Part shown: piece after piece, positions 49,474-62,743 of the stretch
Position numbering within the stretch: the first letter of the stretch is position 1
Layout: each line of letters opens with the position of its first letter
Origin: Burkholderiales bacterium
GTDB taxonomy: Bacteria; Pseudomonadota; Gammaproteobacteria; Burkholderiales; SG8-41
Assembly: GCA_030833315.1 (NCBI GenBank)
Contig: JAURHM010000006.1
Location: forward strand, 6,277 to 70,276
Direction: 5' to 3'
Length of the DNA stretch: 64,000 bases
Translations under genes and position numbers: made by a program
Notes under the pieces: model-generated
What the model was told of the DNA's origin: nothing
What the model saw: the letters and a program-made list of their open reading frames with translations, nothing else
Databases searched by the model: none

Positions 49474-49534
49474 GTCCGGGCTCCTCTTGCGCCACGCGGA
49501 TTGCGCGGGCGCGTTACTTTATACTTAATCGAAT

Positions 49535-49951
49535 ATGCGAGTCACGCGCAGCATCACCATTGACGAATCGGAGTTGACCGAGCGTTTCATCCTGGCCTCC
49601 GGACCCGGCGGCCAGAACGTCAACAAGGTCGCCACTGCGGTCGAGCTGCGCTTTGATGTCGCCCATTCAAAAAGCCTGCCCGCAGCGGTGCGCGAACGCC
49701 TGATTGCACTCGCCGGCAAACGCTTGTCCTCTGCCGGCATCCTGGTGATTGCCGCGCAACGCTTCCGCAGCCAGCCGCGTAACCGCGAGGACGCGCGTGA
49801 ACGCCTCGCCGCACTGATCCGCGAAGCCGCGACACCGCCCAAGCTGCGCCGCGCCACCAGCCCGTCGAGGGCCGCCAAACGTCGGCGTGTCGATGACAAG
49901 CGTCAGTTGGGCGCGCGCAAACGCGAGCGCAGCGGCAGCGGCTGGGATTGA
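49535..49951 (+). CDS. arfB: Alternative ribosome rescue peptidyl-tRNA hydrolase
   Basis: SGPGGQNVNK, RSQ..NR, basic C-terminal tail. Confidence 0.93.
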   Translation: MRVTRSITIDESELTERFILASGPGGQNVNKVATAVELRFDVAHSKSLPAAVRERLIALAGKRLSSAGILVIAAQRFRSQPRNREDARERLAALIREAATPPKLRRATSPSRAAKRRRVDDKRQLGARKRERSGSGWD

Positions 49952-50145
49952 ATGTATCAGTATCCTTTAAAACTCTAATATTTAATAAAAACAATAACTT
50001 GAGCCGATAGACCGGCACTGAAATCCCGATCAAATGGTTATAACAAACTGCTAAACTGCGTCGCCTCAAGAAATAAAGCCGTTCCTGCAAGCGCTTGCCA
50101 GCGGCAAGTGATTGAATCGCATTAACAACCCACGGGAGATTATTC

Positions 50146-50601
50146 ATGAAGCACGCTCTGATCACCGCACTCATCGGCACCTCGACGCTACTGGCCAGCG
50201 GCACCGCGTCCGCGCAAGCGAAACCGGAAGATGTCATCAAATACCGTAAGGCGCTGATGGTGATGCAGGCCAACAGTGTGCGTCCGCTCGCCGCAATGGC
50301 CAAAGGCCAGCGCCCCTACGACAAGGACATCGCCATCCGCAACGCCGCCATTCTGGAACTGACTGGCAAAATGATGATGGAAACCGTCGCTGCCGGCTCC
50401 GACAAAGGCGCCGAGACCCGCGCCAAGCCGGAAATCTGGTCGGACGCTGCCGGATATAAGAAAGTCTCGGACAACTACAGTGCTGAAGCCGCCAAACTTT
50501 CGGAAGCTGCAAAAGCCGGAAACGTTGACGCGCTCAAGGCCCAGATCGGCGGCGTCATCAAAGCCTGCGACTCCTGTCACGACGCGTATCGCAGCAAATA
50601 A
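50146..50601 (+). CDS. Cytochrome c' / c556 (class II)
   Basis: Signal peptide, AKPEIW, C-terminal CDSCH..YR. Confidence 0.92.
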   Translation: MKHALITALIGTSTLLASGTASAQAKPEDVIKYRKALMVMQANSVRPLAAMAKGQRPYDKDIAIRNAAILELTGKMMMETVAAGSDKGAETRAKPEIWSDAAGYKKVSDNYSAEAAKLSEAAKAGNVDALKAQIGGVIKACDSCHDAYRSK

Positions 50602-50622
50602 GCCTTCATAAACCGCGTCACG

Positions 50623-50650
50623 AAAAAAGCCGCCTCCGGGCGGCTTTTTT
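50623..50650. terminator. Bidirectional terminator
   Basis: AAAAAAGCCGCC-tccg-GGCGGCTTTTTT. Confidence 0.9.
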
Positions 50651-50668
50651 ATTGCCGGAGTTGCACCC

Positions 50669-51337
50669 TCAGATTCTGATCAGCGCCCAAACCCCTGCCG
50701 CACAGACCGCCAGCAATATCACAGCCAGCAACGCGCTGCGCATCGTCGCCGGCGCAGTACCCGCAGGCAGGTGCTTGCATCCGGTAAACATCGGCTTGAT
50801 CAGATTCTCCGATTTATAGAACAGGTAAAACAGCACCGCGCTGATGTGCACACCGATCAGCGCCAGCAACAAATTGAAGTTGTATTTGTGGATGGTCGTC
50901 AGCCAGTCACTTAGCTCCTTGGTGACATGCTTATAGAGCGGACCTTCAGTCAGTATGTCGTCATTGGAAAACAGCCCGGTGCCCGCCTGCACCAGAACGC
51001 AGAGCAGGATCAGCACGACACTGATTCCGCCCAGCGGATTATGTCCGGCGAACTTCGCAGCGGTACGCGACGGCAAGGTGCGGATATAGGCAATGACGGC
51101 GCCGGGGCCGTAAATGAAACTGCTGAAACGCGCATGAGTACTGCCGACAAAACCCCAAATCACGCGGAACAGCACGAGCGCGAGCACGGCATACCCGGAA
51201 TACAGATGCCATTCCATCCAGCCCATCTCGCCGGACAGCCAAGAGAATGCAATCAGCAGCACCAGCGTCCAGTGGAAAAACCGTACCGGAATATCCCAGA
51301 CCGGGGTTGCGCCGTTGTTGTGTTGCGTTTCTGGCAT
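50669..51337 (-). CDS. Cytochrome b (Ni/Fe-hydrogenase b-type family)
   Basis: VWD.P.R.FHW, WH...GY, GHNPLG, H/H heme ligands, NL..PM.TG. Confidence 0.9.
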   Translation of the reverse strand: MPETQHNNGATPVWDIPVRFFHWTLVLLIAFSWLSGEMGWMEWHLYSGYAVLALVLFRVIWGFVGSTHARFSSFIYGPGAVIAYIRTLPSRTAAKFAGHNPLGGISVVLILLCVLVQAGTGLFSNDDILTEGPLYKHVTKELSDWLTTIHKYNFNLLLALIGVHISAVLFYLFYKSENLIKPMFTGCKHLPAGTAPATMRSALLAVILLAVCAAGVWALIRI

Positions 51338-51693
51338 ATTCAGCCTCCCCTTTAAACCGTTACCGGAATGAGCATGCTCCCGACATTATGACAGCGACTG
51401 CTGTTCAAGCGTCACGCAATCCACCTTCAATACCCGCCGCACTACCGCCAGATCCTGCGCATTGATCAGCCGCGCTGCGAACAGCAGTGCAATGCGGTCC
51501 AGCTTGGGATCGGTGGTCAGCAACACCGTGCTTTCACCGGTATTGGTCATTTCCACCAGCGCGGCATGTTTGAAATCGGGCGCTTCCCGGCAAGCGAAGT
51601 GCTCGGCTCGCTCCAGCGACACTAATTCACCTGCGATCTTGGCGAAACATTTGACGCGGCCGTGGATTGTGAAAAACCGTCCTCATCGACGCT

Positions 51694-51910
51694 GACTACG
51701 CCTTTACCCAGGATCTGAGTGACTCCGAGGAAAGCCGGGTATTCGTCAAAGCCGTCAACGGCCTTACCTGTGACCTCAAGCGACAGGTGATCGCCAAGAG
51801 CGTCGAGACGGAACTGATGCTGAATCTGCTGAAGGATGCCAGCTTGCTGTATGCCGGCTCGCTGTATGCCTAGGGAGATTATTTCCAGCCGGCCGCCCCG
51901 CTGGCCTCGT
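51694..51910 (+). pseudogene. EAL (c-di-GMP phosphodiesterase) domain C-terminal remnant
   Basis: D.AFTQDL......RVFVKAV..L..DL..QVIAKSVET....LL.....YA*GDYFQPA.P matches the EAL end (VAEGVE...YAQGYYF..P); in-frame TAG 51871; 10-bp duplication. Confidence 0.7.
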
Positions 51911-51989
51911 CCATTCCGGCCCCCGACCGGAAAACTTCTCTCGGCTGGCTGACCTGCGGCGCCGCAAGACGCTGGCGTACATCAAAACC

Positions 51990-52550
51990 CTACCACTCGC
52001 CTTTGGCAATTTTCTCGGCCCACAGCAGGCCGAGAACGGTTTTTGAATCGCTGATCCGGCCTTCGACCACCCAGTCCAGCGCCTCGCGTAGCGATACGGT
52101 CATGACTTCAAGAAACTCCCCCTCGTCGAGCCGGTCGCCGACATGCTGCAAATCCGTGGCGAGGAACAGCTCAACACGTTCATCGGCATAGCCGATGCAG
52201 GGATGCAGCGTGGTCAGGTGCCGCCATTGCCCGGCGATGTAGCCGCACTCCTCCTGCAGTTCCCGTTCAGCAGTAGTCATTGGTTCTTCACCTTGATCGA
52301 TCTTGCCAGCCGGCAGTTCGATGAAATGCCGGCCCACCGGATAACGGAACTGCCGCTCCATCAGTACCGACTGCGGATCGGGCTGGGCGATAACGATGAC
52401 GGCGCCGGGGTGTTTGATGTATTCGCGGGTGGCGGTGCCGCCATCCGGCAGGCGCACGGTGTCGCGATGCACGCGCAGCAACTGGCCCTCGAACACCGGC
52501 TCCGAGGATAGCTTTGTTTCGGTGAAATCAGCAGGATCGCGCGGCTTCAT
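51990..52550 (-). CDS. NUDIX hydrolase (ADP-ribose pyrophosphatase-like)
   Basis: QFRYP, ELPAGK.D.GE.....A.REL.EE.G. Confidence 0.92.
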   Translation of the reverse strand: MKPRDPADFTETKLSSEPVFEGQLLRVHRDTVRLPDGGTATREYIKHPGAVIVIAQPDPQSVLMERQFRYPVGRHFIELPAGKIDQGEEPMTTAERELQEECGYIAGQWRHLTTLHPCIGYADERVELFLATDLQHVGDRLDEGEFLEVMTVSLREALDWVVEGRISDSKTVLGLLWAEKIAKGEW

Positions 52551-52561
52551 GCCGACAGCAC

Positions 52562-52864
52562 TCAGAGCCCCGGCCTGCGCCAGAGGAAGCGATAGACAAA
52601 ACCGGGGTAGGCAAACACCAGGAACAGGCAGACGGTCACCGCGTAGAACTCCCAGCGCTGGGGATGGACCTGCCCGGCGCGGCCTTCCATCAGCCAGGCC
52701 GCGGTGCCGACGACGCAGTACAGCAGCACGAGTTCCAGCAGACGCCACCCTCCTGCCTTGTGGCCACCCGGGGCGGGCCTCACCAGCAGAATGCGTTCAG
52801 ACAGAAACGGCAGGTTGGCGAGAACCAGCGCCAGCAACAGCAGCGCGGCGGCACTCCAGTTCAT
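52562..52864 (-). CDS. DUF2818 membrane protein
   Basis: ANLPFL, Q.WEFYA, A.PGFVYR.LW; usual position after nuoN. Confidence 0.85.
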   Translation of the reverse strand: MNWSAAALLLLALVLANLPFLSERILLVRPAPGGHKAGGWRLLELVLLYCVVGTAAWLMEGRAGQVHPQRWEFYAVTVCLFLVFAYPGFVYRFLWRRPGL

Positions 52865-52866
52865 GA

Positions 52867-54315
52867 TCAGATCGAGGCGCGGACGGCTTCGATGCAGAGC
52901 ACCAGCAGCGGTTGCGGTGCGATGCCCAGGACCAGCACGGCGAGGCCGTTGGCCGACAGCAGCGCACGCACGTCGCCGGAAGCGGCGATCGGTGCGGTAT
53001 CGACCGGCGCATCGAAATACATCAGCTTGACGATACGCAGGTAGTAGAAGGCGCCGATCAGCGAGAACACCACGGCGACGACGGCAATCCACCACATGCC
53101 GATGCTCACCACGGCCTGCAGCACCGACAACTTGGCGTAAAAGCCCACGGTCGGCGGAATGCCGGCCATCGAGAACATCAGCAGCAGCATCAGGAAGGCA
53201 TACCAGGGGTTACGCTGATTGAGACCTTTGTAGTCCTCGAGGTTTTCAGCCTCGAAACCGCTGCGCGCGAGCAGCAGGATGATGCCGAAGGAACCCAGCG
53301 TCATCAGCACGTAAACCACGACATAGAACATGCCGGCGCCGTAACCGTCGATGGTGCCCGACAGCACGCCGAGCAGCAGGAAGCCCATGTGCGAGATCGT
53401 CGAATAGGCCAGCATGCGTTTCAGATTGGTCTGCATGATGGCCGTCAGGTTGCCGATGACCAAGGACAGGATCGCCATCACCGTCAGCATATGGCGCCAT
53501 TCATCCACGAGCATTTCCGCACCCAGACTCTGCGCCAGCAGGCGCATCACCATCGCGAACGCGGCGAACTTCGGCGCCGAGCCGATGAACAGGGTTACAG
53601 CCGTCGGGGCGCCCTGATAAACGTCGGGCACCCACATGTGGAAAGGTACGGCGCCGAGCTTGAAGCCGAGGCCGGCGACTATGAAAACCAGGCCGAAGAC
53701 CAGCACCAGCTGTGCCTGCACGCCTTGCGTCGACAGCTGCGCGAGTTCGGTGATTTCAAGCGTGCCGGTGGCGCCGTAGAGCATCGACATGCCGTACAGC
53801 AGTACGCCGGAAGCCAACGCGCCAAGCACAAAATATTTCATCGCCGCCTCGGTCGCACGCACCGAATCGCGCTGCAGCGCGACCATCGCATACAGCGACA
53901 GCGACAGCAGCTCAAGGCCCAGATACAGCGTCAGCAGGTGGTTGGCGGAGATCATCACCATCATGCCCAGCGTGGCAAACAGCGCCAGCGTGAAAAACTC
54001 GCCGCGGAACATGCCGCGCGCGGCGTTATAGGCGCGGGCATAGACCATCACCATGATCACCGAGACACAGGTCAGCAGTTTCAGCACATCGGCCATCAGG
54101 TCGTCGACGAACATGCCGCTGAAGGTATAGACGGGCTCGGGATTGCCGGTGAAGAAGGTCAGCAGCGCGCAGCCGGCCAGCGTGAACTGGGTCAGCCCGT
54201 AGGTGACGATCCGGTTGTCGTCGCTGACAAACAGATCAACGATCAGGACCACGCACGTCATCACGAGCAGGAACAGCTCGGGGTAGGCGGGCCACAGCGG
54301 CATGATGAATTCCAT
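52867..54315 (-). CDS. nuoN: NADH-quinone oxidoreductase subunit N
   Basis: [29 protein letters not shown]. Confidence 0.96.
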   Translation of the reverse strand: MEFIMPLWPAYPELFLLVMTCVVLIVDLFVSDDNRIVTYGLTQFTLAGCALLTFFTGNPEPVYTFSGMFVDDLMADVLKLLTCVSVIMVMVYARAYNAARGMFRGEFFTLALFATLGMMVMISANHLLTLYLGLELLSLSLYAMVALQRDSVRATEAAMKYFVLGALASGVLLYGMSMLYGATGTLEITELAQLSTQGVQAQLVLVFGLVFIVAGLGFKLGAVPFHMWVPDVYQGAPTAVTLFIGSAPKFAAFAMVMRLLAQSLGAEMLVDEWRHMLTVMAILSLVIGNLTAIMQTNLKRMLAYSTISHMGFLLLGVLSGTIDGYGAGMFYVVVYVLMTLGSFGIILLLARSGFEAENLEDYKGLNQRNPWYAFLMLLLMFSMAGIPPTVGFYAKLSVLQAVVSIGMWWIAVVAVVFSLIGAFYYLRIVKLMYFDAPVDTAPIAASGDVRALLSANGLAVLVLGIAPQPLLVLCIEAVRASI

Positions 54316-54323
54316 AGTCAGCT

Positions 54324-55817
54324 CTATTGCGCCGGCAGCTTGCTGAAGGACACGTGCGCCAGCAGTTCATTGACCGAAACGTGCAGCACATCGGCGAAAG
54401 GCTGCGGCCAGACGCCCATCACCAGCACGAGCACGGCGAGGACGCCCAGCACCAGGAACTCGCGGGCGTTGAGGTCCTGCAGTTCATCGACATGGGCATT
54501 GGCCACTGCACCGAAAATCACCCGCTTGTACATCCACAGCGTATAGGCGGCGCCGAAGATCAGCGTGATCGCGGCAGCAAAGGCAAACCAGAAATTCACC
54601 TGCATCGCGCCCATGATCACCAGGAATTCGCCGACAAAACCGCTGGTGCCCGGAAGGCCGGCATTGGCCATCGAGAAGAACATGAACAGCGCGGCGAACA
54701 CCGGCATCCTGTTGGCGACGCCGCCGTAATCGGCAATCAGCCGCGAATGCATGCGGTCATACAGCACGCCGACGCAGAGGAACATGGCGCCGGAAATGAA
54801 GCCGTGCGAAATCATCTGGATGATCGCGCCTTCCATGCCCTGCGCGTTGAACAGGAAAGTGCCCAGCGTGACGAAGCCCATGTGCGAGATCGACGAATAG
54901 GCGATCAGCTTTTTCATGTCGGTCTGCACCAGCGCGACAAGGCCGATGTAGACCACGGCGATCAGCGACAGGCCGATGACAATCGGCGCCAGCAGGTGAC
55001 TGGCATCAGGCACGATCGGCAGCGACAGCCGCAGGAAGCCATAACCGCCCAGCTTCAGCATCACCGCGGCCAGCACCACGGAGCCGCCGGTAGGCGCTTC
55101 GACGTGGGCGTCGGGCAGCCAGGTGTGCACCGGCCACATCGGCACCTTGACTGCAAATGCCATAAAAAATGCAATAAAAACAGATACTTGCAAAACAAGC
55201 GGCAGCTGCGTCTGGTAGAAATCAAACAGGCTGAAACTGCCGCCGGCGGAGAAATACAGGTAAATCAGCGCAACCAGTGACAGCAGCGAACCCATCAGCG
55301 TGTAGAGGAAGAACTTGACCGCCGCATAAACACGGTTAGGTCCGCCCCAGACACCGATGATGATGAACATCGGGATCAGCGTCGCCTCAAAGAACACATA
55401 GAACAGCAGCGCGTCGAGCGAGGAGAACACGCCGTTCATCAGGCCCGACAGGAACAGGAAGGCCGCCATGTACTGCGACACACGCGATTCAATGACCTGC
55501 CAGCCCGCCGCCACCACCAGCACCGTGGTCAGGCTGTTGAGCAGAATCAACAACAGCGAAATACCGTCGATGCCGATATGGTAGTTGGCGTTAAGCGTGT
55601 CGATCCAGGTACGCATTTCGACGAACTGGAAGCCACCCTGCTGCAGATCGAAGCCGGTGTAGAGCGGTATCGTCACCGCGAAACCGATCAGCGCACCGAT
55701 CAGCGCGATCACCCGCGCGGCCTGGGCATTGCGGTCGCCACCGGTCAGCAATACCGCCACGCCGGCGATGATCGGCGCCCAGATGGCGAGGCTCAGTAGT
55801 GGTAATCCCTGCATCAT
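54324..55817 (-). CDS. nuoM: NADH-quinone oxidoreductase subunit M
   Basis: [29 protein letters not shown]. Confidence 0.96.
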   Translation of the reverse strand: MMQGLPLLSLAIWAPIIAGVAVLLTGGDRNAQAARVIALIGALIGFAVTIPLYTGFDLQQGGFQFVEMRTWIDTLNANYHIGIDGISLLLILLNSLTTVLVVAAGWQVIESRVSQYMAAFLFLSGLMNGVFSSLDALLFYVFFEATLIPMFIIIGVWGGPNRVYAAVKFFLYTLMGSLLSLVALIYLYFSAGGSFSLFDFYQTQLPLVLQVSVFIAFFMAFAVKVPMWPVHTWLPDAHVEAPTGGSVVLAAVMLKLGGYGFLRLSLPIVPDASHLLAPIVIGLSLIAVVYIGLVALVQTDMKKLIAYSSISHMGFVTLGTFLFNAQGMEGAIIQMISHGFISGAMFLCVGVLYDRMHSRLIADYGGVANRMPVFAALFMFFSMANAGLPGTSGFVGEFLVIMGAMQVNFWFAFAAAITLIFGAAYTLWMYKRVIFGAVANAHVDELQDLNAREFLVLGVLAVLVLVMGVWPQPFADVLHVSVNELLAHVSFSKLPAQ

Positions 55818-55836
55818 GAGGTCTTTTTCTTCAATT

Positions 55837-57870
<2,034 letters not shown>

Positions 57871-57877
57871 GTGCGGC

Positions 57878-58183
57878 TCAGCCCTTCAACTGATCGAGGT
57901 CTTCGACATTGATGGTGCGCAGATTGCGGAACAGCACCACCAGGATCGCCAGCCCGATCGCCGATTCGGCAGCAGCGACGGTCAGGATGAAAAACACGAA
58001 CACCTGGCCGGCGGTATCGCCGAGAAAATGGGAGAACGCGACGAAATTGGTATTCACCGCCAGCAGCATCAGCTCGATCGCCATCAGGATCACGATGATG
58101 TTCTTGCGGTTGAGGAAAATTCCGATCACGGAGATCGCGAACAGGATCGCGCCGAGGACCAGGTAATGGGACAGTGAAATCAT
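57878..58183 (-). CDS. nuoK: NADH-quinone oxidoreductase subunit K
   Basis: [18 protein letters not shown]. Confidence 0.96.
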   Translation of the reverse strand: MISLSHYLVLGAILFAISVIGIFLNRKNIIVILMAIELMLLAVNTNFVAFSHFLGDTAGQVFVFFILTVAAAESAIGLAILVVLFRNLRTINVEDLDQLKG

Positions 58184-58185
58184 GT

Positions 58186-58794
58186 TCAGTCCCCTTTTTT
58201 CTCGGCCGGCATCGACACGATCTTCAGCCGGTCGTTGCGTTTGACCTGCACCTGCTCACCCGGATCGATGTACTTGCCGTGCTTGCGGCGGCGCAGCGTC
58301 AGCGCGATGGCGGCGACGATGGCGACCAGCAGGATCACCGCGGCCAGTTCAAACGGATAAACGTAGTCGGTATACAGCAGTCGGCCCAGTTCCTTGGTAT
58401 TGCTGTAACCCGCGGGCGCGGACGTCGGCTGCGGCGCAGCTTCCAGCCCGAACCACGGCCCGGTCAGCACCAGCGCCATTTCAGCGACCAGCAGCAGCGC
58501 AACCGTCGCACCCACCGGCAGATAGCTCCAGAACCCCTGGCGCAGTTTCTCGATGTTGATGTCGAGCATCATCACCACAAACAGGAACAGCACCATCACC
58601 GCGCCGACATACACCAGCACCAGGGCGATGCCGAGGAACTCGGCCTCCAGCTGGATCCAGATTCCAGCCGCCGTGCAGAAGGCCAGCACCAGAAACAGCG
58701 CAGCATGCACCGGATTACGCGCCGTGATCACGCGCAGCGACGCGAAGATCAGGACCGCGGAGAAAAACCAGAAGATGAGTTGTTGAAAAGTCAT
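58186..58794 (-). CDS. nuoJ: NADH-quinone oxidoreductase subunit J
   Basis: [21 protein letters not shown]. Confidence 0.96.
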   Translation of the reverse strand: MTFQQLIFWFFSAVLIFASLRVITARNPVHAALFLVLAFCTAAGIWIQLEAEFLGIALVLVYVGAVMVLFLFVVMMLDINIEKLRQGFWSYLPVGATVALLLVAEMALVLTGPWFGLEAAPQPTSAPAGYSNTKELGRLLYTDYVYPFELAAVILLVAIVAAIALTLRRRKHGKYIDPGEQVQVKRNDRLKIVSMPAEKKGD

Positions 58795-58806
58795 TATGTC
58801 TTGGCT

Positions 58807-59301
58807 TTATCGATACTTGGCGTCGGCCGCACGATCCTGCGCAATCTGTTCTTCGTAAGCATCACCGATCGCCAGCAGCATCGGCTTGGTATAAATCAGG
58901 TCGCCGCGTTTTTCACCGTGGTATTCGTAGATCCGCGTCTCGACGATCGAATCCACCGGGCACGATTCCTCGCAGAAGCCGCAGAAAATGCACTTGGTCA
59001 GGTCGATGTCGTAACGCGTGGTGCGGCGCGTGCCGTCTTCACGCTGCTCGGACTCGATGGTGATCGCCAGCGCCGGGCACACCGCCTCGCACAGTTTGCA
59101 GGCGATGCAGCGTTCTTCGCCGTTGGGATAACGGCGCAGTGCGTGCAGGCCGCGGAAACGCGGGCTCTGCGGCGCCTTCTCTTCCGGGTATTCGACAGTG
59201 ATCTTGCGCGCGAACAGGTAACGGCCGGTGACGGCCATGCCCTTCAGCAGCTCGAACAGAAGGAAGGTATTGAAGAATTTGCGGATGCTCTGGATCATCA
59301 T
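58807..59301 (-). CDS. nuoI: NADH-quinone oxidoreductase subunit I
   Basis: [24 protein letters not shown]; ATGA overlap with nuoH. Confidence 0.96.
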   Translation of the reverse strand: MMIQSIRKFFNTFLLFELLKGMAVTGRYLFARKITVEYPEEKAPQSPRFRGLHALRRYPNGEERCIACKLCEAVCPALAITIESEQREDGTRRTTRYDIDLTKCIFCGFCEESCPVDSIVETRIYEYHGEKRGDLIYTKPMLLAIGDAYEEQIAQDRAADAKYR

Positions 59302-60368
59302 TTCCACCATATCCACAGCGGGGTTTGCATCCACGCGCCGAGCACGACGATCCACACCAGCGTCACCGGAATGAACACCTTCCAGCCAAGACGCATGATC
59401 TGGTCATAGCGATAACGCGGGAATGTCGCGCGGAACCACAGGAACAGCGACGCCACAAAGAAAATCTTGGCAAACAGCCAGCCGAAGCCACCGGTGCCGA
59501 TCAGCCCCCAGGACGCCGGGAACGGCGACAGCCAGCCGCCGAGGAACATGATCGCAGTCAGCGTCGAGATCAGGATCATCGCCGAGTATTCCGCCAGCGA
59601 AAACACGGCGAAGGTCATACCCGAATATTCGACATGGAAGCCGACAATTTCCGATTCACCTTCGGCAACGTCAAACGGCGCGCGGTTGGTCTCGGCTACG
59701 CCGGCAATCAGATAGGTAATGAACAGCGGGAACAGCGGCAGCCAAAACCACCCAAATGCGCCAGCCGAATTTTGCTGCGCCTTGACGATCTCGGCCAGGT
59801 TCAGGCTCTGCGAGGCCATCAGCACGCCGACCAGCGAGAAGCCCATCGCGATTTCGTAGGACACGATCTGCGCCGCGGACCGCAGGCTGCCGAGGAAGGC
59901 GTATTTGGAGTTCGATGCCCAGCCGGCGATGATGATGCCGTAGACCCCCAGCGAGGTCATCGCCATCAGATACAGCAGTCCGGCATCGATGTTCGACAGG
60001 ATCAGTTCCGGCGAGAACGGAATCACCGCCCAGGCCGCCAATGCCGGCCCCAGCGCCATCACCGGTGCCAGCACAAACAGGATTTTGTTCGAACCGGTCG
60101 GGATGATCACTTCCTTGACCAGCAGCTTCAGGCCGTCGGCGATCGGCTGCGCCCAGCCGCCGAGCCAGCGGATACCGAAGAAGGTCACGCGGTTCGGGCC
60201 CTTGCGGATCTGCATATAGCCGATCAGCTTGCGCTCCCACAACGTCAGGTAGGCCACGCACAGCATCAGCGGCGCAACGATCAGCATGATCTTGACCAGC
60301 GTCCACACCACCGGCCACAAGGGACCGAGCAGCGCTTGCGGATAAGCGAGCAGCGAATCGAGCATCAT
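59298..60368 (-). CDS. nuoH: NADH-quinone oxidoreductase subunit H
   Basis: [32 protein letters not shown]. Confidence 0.96.
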   Translation of the reverse strand: MMLDSLLAYPQALLGPLWPVVWTLVKIMLIVAPLMLCVAYLTLWERKLIGYMQIRKGPNRVTFFGIRWLGGWAQPIADGLKLLVKEVIIPTGSNKILFVLAPVMALGPALAAWAVIPFSPELILSNIDAGLLYLMAMTSLGVYGIIIAGWASNSKYAFLGSLRSAAQIVSYEIAMGFSLVGVLMASQSLNLAEIVKAQQNSAGAFGWFWLPLFPLFITYLIAGVAETNRAPFDVAEGESEIVGFHVEYSGMTFAVFSLAEYSAMILISTLTAIMFLGGWLSPFPASWGLIGTGGFGWLFAKIFFVASLFLWFRATFPRYRYDQIMRLGWKVFIPVTLVWIVVLGAWMQTPLWIWWK

Positions 60369-62734
60369 GCGCTCGCTTTCTGCACCTGGGCGACGCGTTC
60401 CAGCAGCAGCGGCGCATCAGCCGCGCCCAGCGTCGCCGTTTCACCGCGCGCTGCGGCGATACGCACGCATTCGGCGGGCAGTTTGTCATCAATGCCGTAC
60501 GGCAGCACCGCGGCGCCACCGTCCTGCACCACACGCAGTGCATCACCGTCACGCAGGCCCAGCTTGTCGGCAAGCGCGCGGTTCATCGTCGCGACCGGCG
60601 GCAGCGCATCACGCGTCTGCTGCAGGCTCGGCGCACGGCGTGCCAGCGCATCAGCGGCATGGATCGGCGTTTCAGCGATCCGCGAGAGGCCGGCAACCGT
60701 ATTCGGCAGTGCACTGATAGTAACGCTCAAGTTATTGTTTTTATTAAATATTTCTGATTTTCCGTGGAGCGCTTCACGCTGCGCATCTTCGGCGCTGTCA
60801 TGCTCGAAGCCGGACAGGCCCAGCAGATTGCCCAGCACGCGCAGCACTTTCCACGCCGGACGGGTTTCACCGAGCGGCTTCACCACGCCGGCAAAAGTCT
60901 GCACTCGGCCTTCGGTGCTGATAAAAGTGCCCGCGGTTTCGGTAAACGGTGCAATCGGCAACAGCACGTTGGCGTATTCCGTCGCGCCATGCTGGAAGGG
61001 GCTCAGCGCCACCACCAGTTCCGCCTGCTTCATCGCGGTAATCGCCTGACGCGGATTGTGCATATCCAGTTCAGGTTCGACGCCAAGCAGCAGATAGGCT
61101 TTCAGCGGCGACTCGATCATCTGCAGCGCATTGATGCCGATGGTCTTGCCAGTCGGCACGCAGCCGGCGACATAACCACCGACGCTATTGGCCGCCGCAC
61201 CGAGCACGCCAAAATTACAAGTGATCACAGTGGCCAAAGCCTGAGCCAGCGCCTGCAGCGTGGCCGCAGCAGCATGCTGTTCGGCGAAGTTGCCGAGGAA
61301 CACGCCGGCCTTCTGGCCACCAATCAGGCTGGCAGCAATGCGTTTGGCCGCGTCATCCACGGTAACGCCGGCAACGGCGCTGCGAACGGCTTCAGGAATC
61401 GCCACGTTTTTCAGTTCAGCCGCAGCCTTCACCACCTGCGCCAGAACCTGCGGCAGCAGCGCGGGAGCCACAATGGCCTTGTTCGCCACGCGCATCAGCA
61501 GATCGTCATCAACAGCGTGGATGATATTAAGTTCGGTAGCTTTCTTGGTCGACTGACGCAAACGGTGCGCCAGCAGCGGATGATCCTTGCGCAGCGTCGA
61601 GCCGATCACCAGCACCCGATCCAGTTGCGCGAAATCAGTTATAGACATGCCCAGCCAGGGCACACCGGCGCGTTTACCGTCAGCGCTGAATTCAGCCTGA
61701 CGCAGGCGGAAATCGACATTGCCCGAACCCAGGCCGCGCACCAGCTTCTGCAGCAAGTGCATTTCTTCGAGCGTCTGGTGCGGCGTCGCCAGTGCGCCGA
61801 TCGCGGCGGCACCGTGTGCATCCTTGATGCGTTTGAGTTCGGCGGCGACAAACTCCAGCGCCACCGGCCACTCCACGTCCCGCCAGACGCCGTCACTCTT
61901 GACCATCGGCTTGGCGAGGCGTTTATCGGAATTCAGCGCTTCGTAGGAGAAGCGGTCCTTGTCCGAGATCCAGCATTCGTTAACGGCGTCGTTTTCTCGC
62001 GGCAGCGTGCGCATCACGCGGTTCTGTTTGACCTGCACCGTCAGGTTGGAACCGAGGCCGCAGTGCGGGCTCACGGTGGGACGGCGCGTCAACTCCCAGG
62101 TGCGGGCGCTGTAGCGGAAGGGTTTCGACGTCAGCGCACCGACCGGACACAGGTCAATGGCATTTCCCGAGAGTTCCGAATCGACGGTCTTGCCGACGAA
62201 AGTGATGATTTCCGAATGTTCGCCGCGGCCGATCATGCCGAGTTCCATGATGCCGGCGATTTCCTGACCGAAGCGGACACAGCGCGTACAGTGGATGCAA
62301 CGCGTCATGTCAGTCGAGATCAGCGGGCCGAGATTCTTGTTGGCGACGACGCGCTTGTCTTCCTGGTAGCGCGACTCGCTGCCGCCGTAACCCACCGCCA
62401 GATCCTGCAGTTGGCATTCACCGCCCTGATCGCAGATCGGGCAATCGAGCGGATGGTTGATCAGCAGGAATTCCATGACGCCCTTCTGGGCAGTCACTGC
62501 GGCATCCGAATGCGTCCACACTTTCATGCCGTTGGTAACCGGCGTCGCGCAGGCAGGCAGCGGCTTCGGCGCCTTCTCGACCTGCACCAGGCACATGCGG
62601 CAGTTGGCGGCGATCGACAGCTTCTTGTGATAACAGAAGTGCGGCACGAAAGTGCCGGCCTTGTTGGCAGCATCCATGATTGTGCTGCCTTCGGGCACTT
62701 CCATCAGCTTGCCGTCGAGTTCGATTTCGAGCAT
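60365..62734 (-). CDS. nuoG: NADH-quinone oxidoreductase subunit G
   Basis: FCYH..L...[28 protein letters not shown]. Confidence 0.96.
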   Translation of the reverse strand: MLEIELDGKLMEVPEGSTIMDAANKAGTFVPHFCYHKKLSIAANCRMCLVQVEKAPKPLPACATPVTNGMKVWTHSDAAVTAQKGVMEFLLINHPLDCPICDQGGECQLQDLAVGYGGSESRYQEDKRVVANKNLGPLISTDMTRCIHCTRCVRFGQEIAGIMELGMIGRGEHSEIITFVGKTVDSELSGNAIDLCPVGALTSKPFRYSARTWELTRRPTVSPHCGLGSNLTVQVKQNRVMRTLPRENDAVNECWISDKDRFSYEALNSDKRLAKPMVKSDGVWRDVEWPVALEFVAAELKRIKDAHGAAAIGALATPHQTLEEMHLLQKLVRGLGSGNVDFRLRQAEFSADGKRAGVPWLGMSITDFAQLDRVLVIGSTLRKDHPLLAHRLRQSTKKATELNIIHAVDDDLLMRVANKAIVAPALLPQVLAQVVKAAAELKNVAIPEAVRSAVAGVTVDDAAKRIAASLIGGQKAGVFLGNFAEQHAAAATLQALAQALATVITCNFGVLGAAANSVGGYVAGCVPTGKTIGINALQMIESPLKAYLLLGVEPELDMHNPRQAITAMKQAELVVALSPFQHGATEYANVLLPIAPFTETAGTFISTEGRVQTFAGVVKPLGETRPAWKVLRVLGNLLGLSGFEHDSAEDAQREALHGKSEIFNKNNNLSVTISALPNTVAGLSRIAETPIHAADALARRAPSLQQTRDALPPVATMNRALADKLGLRDGDALRVVQDGGAAVLPYGIDDKLPAECVRIAAARGETATLGAADAPLLLERVAQVQKASA

Positions 62735-62743
62735 GGCTTCAGT

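Noticed and set aside
50146-51337. Cytochrome c' and cytochrome b pair as a novel system
   Set aside because: Widespread, familiar gene pairing in proteobacteria
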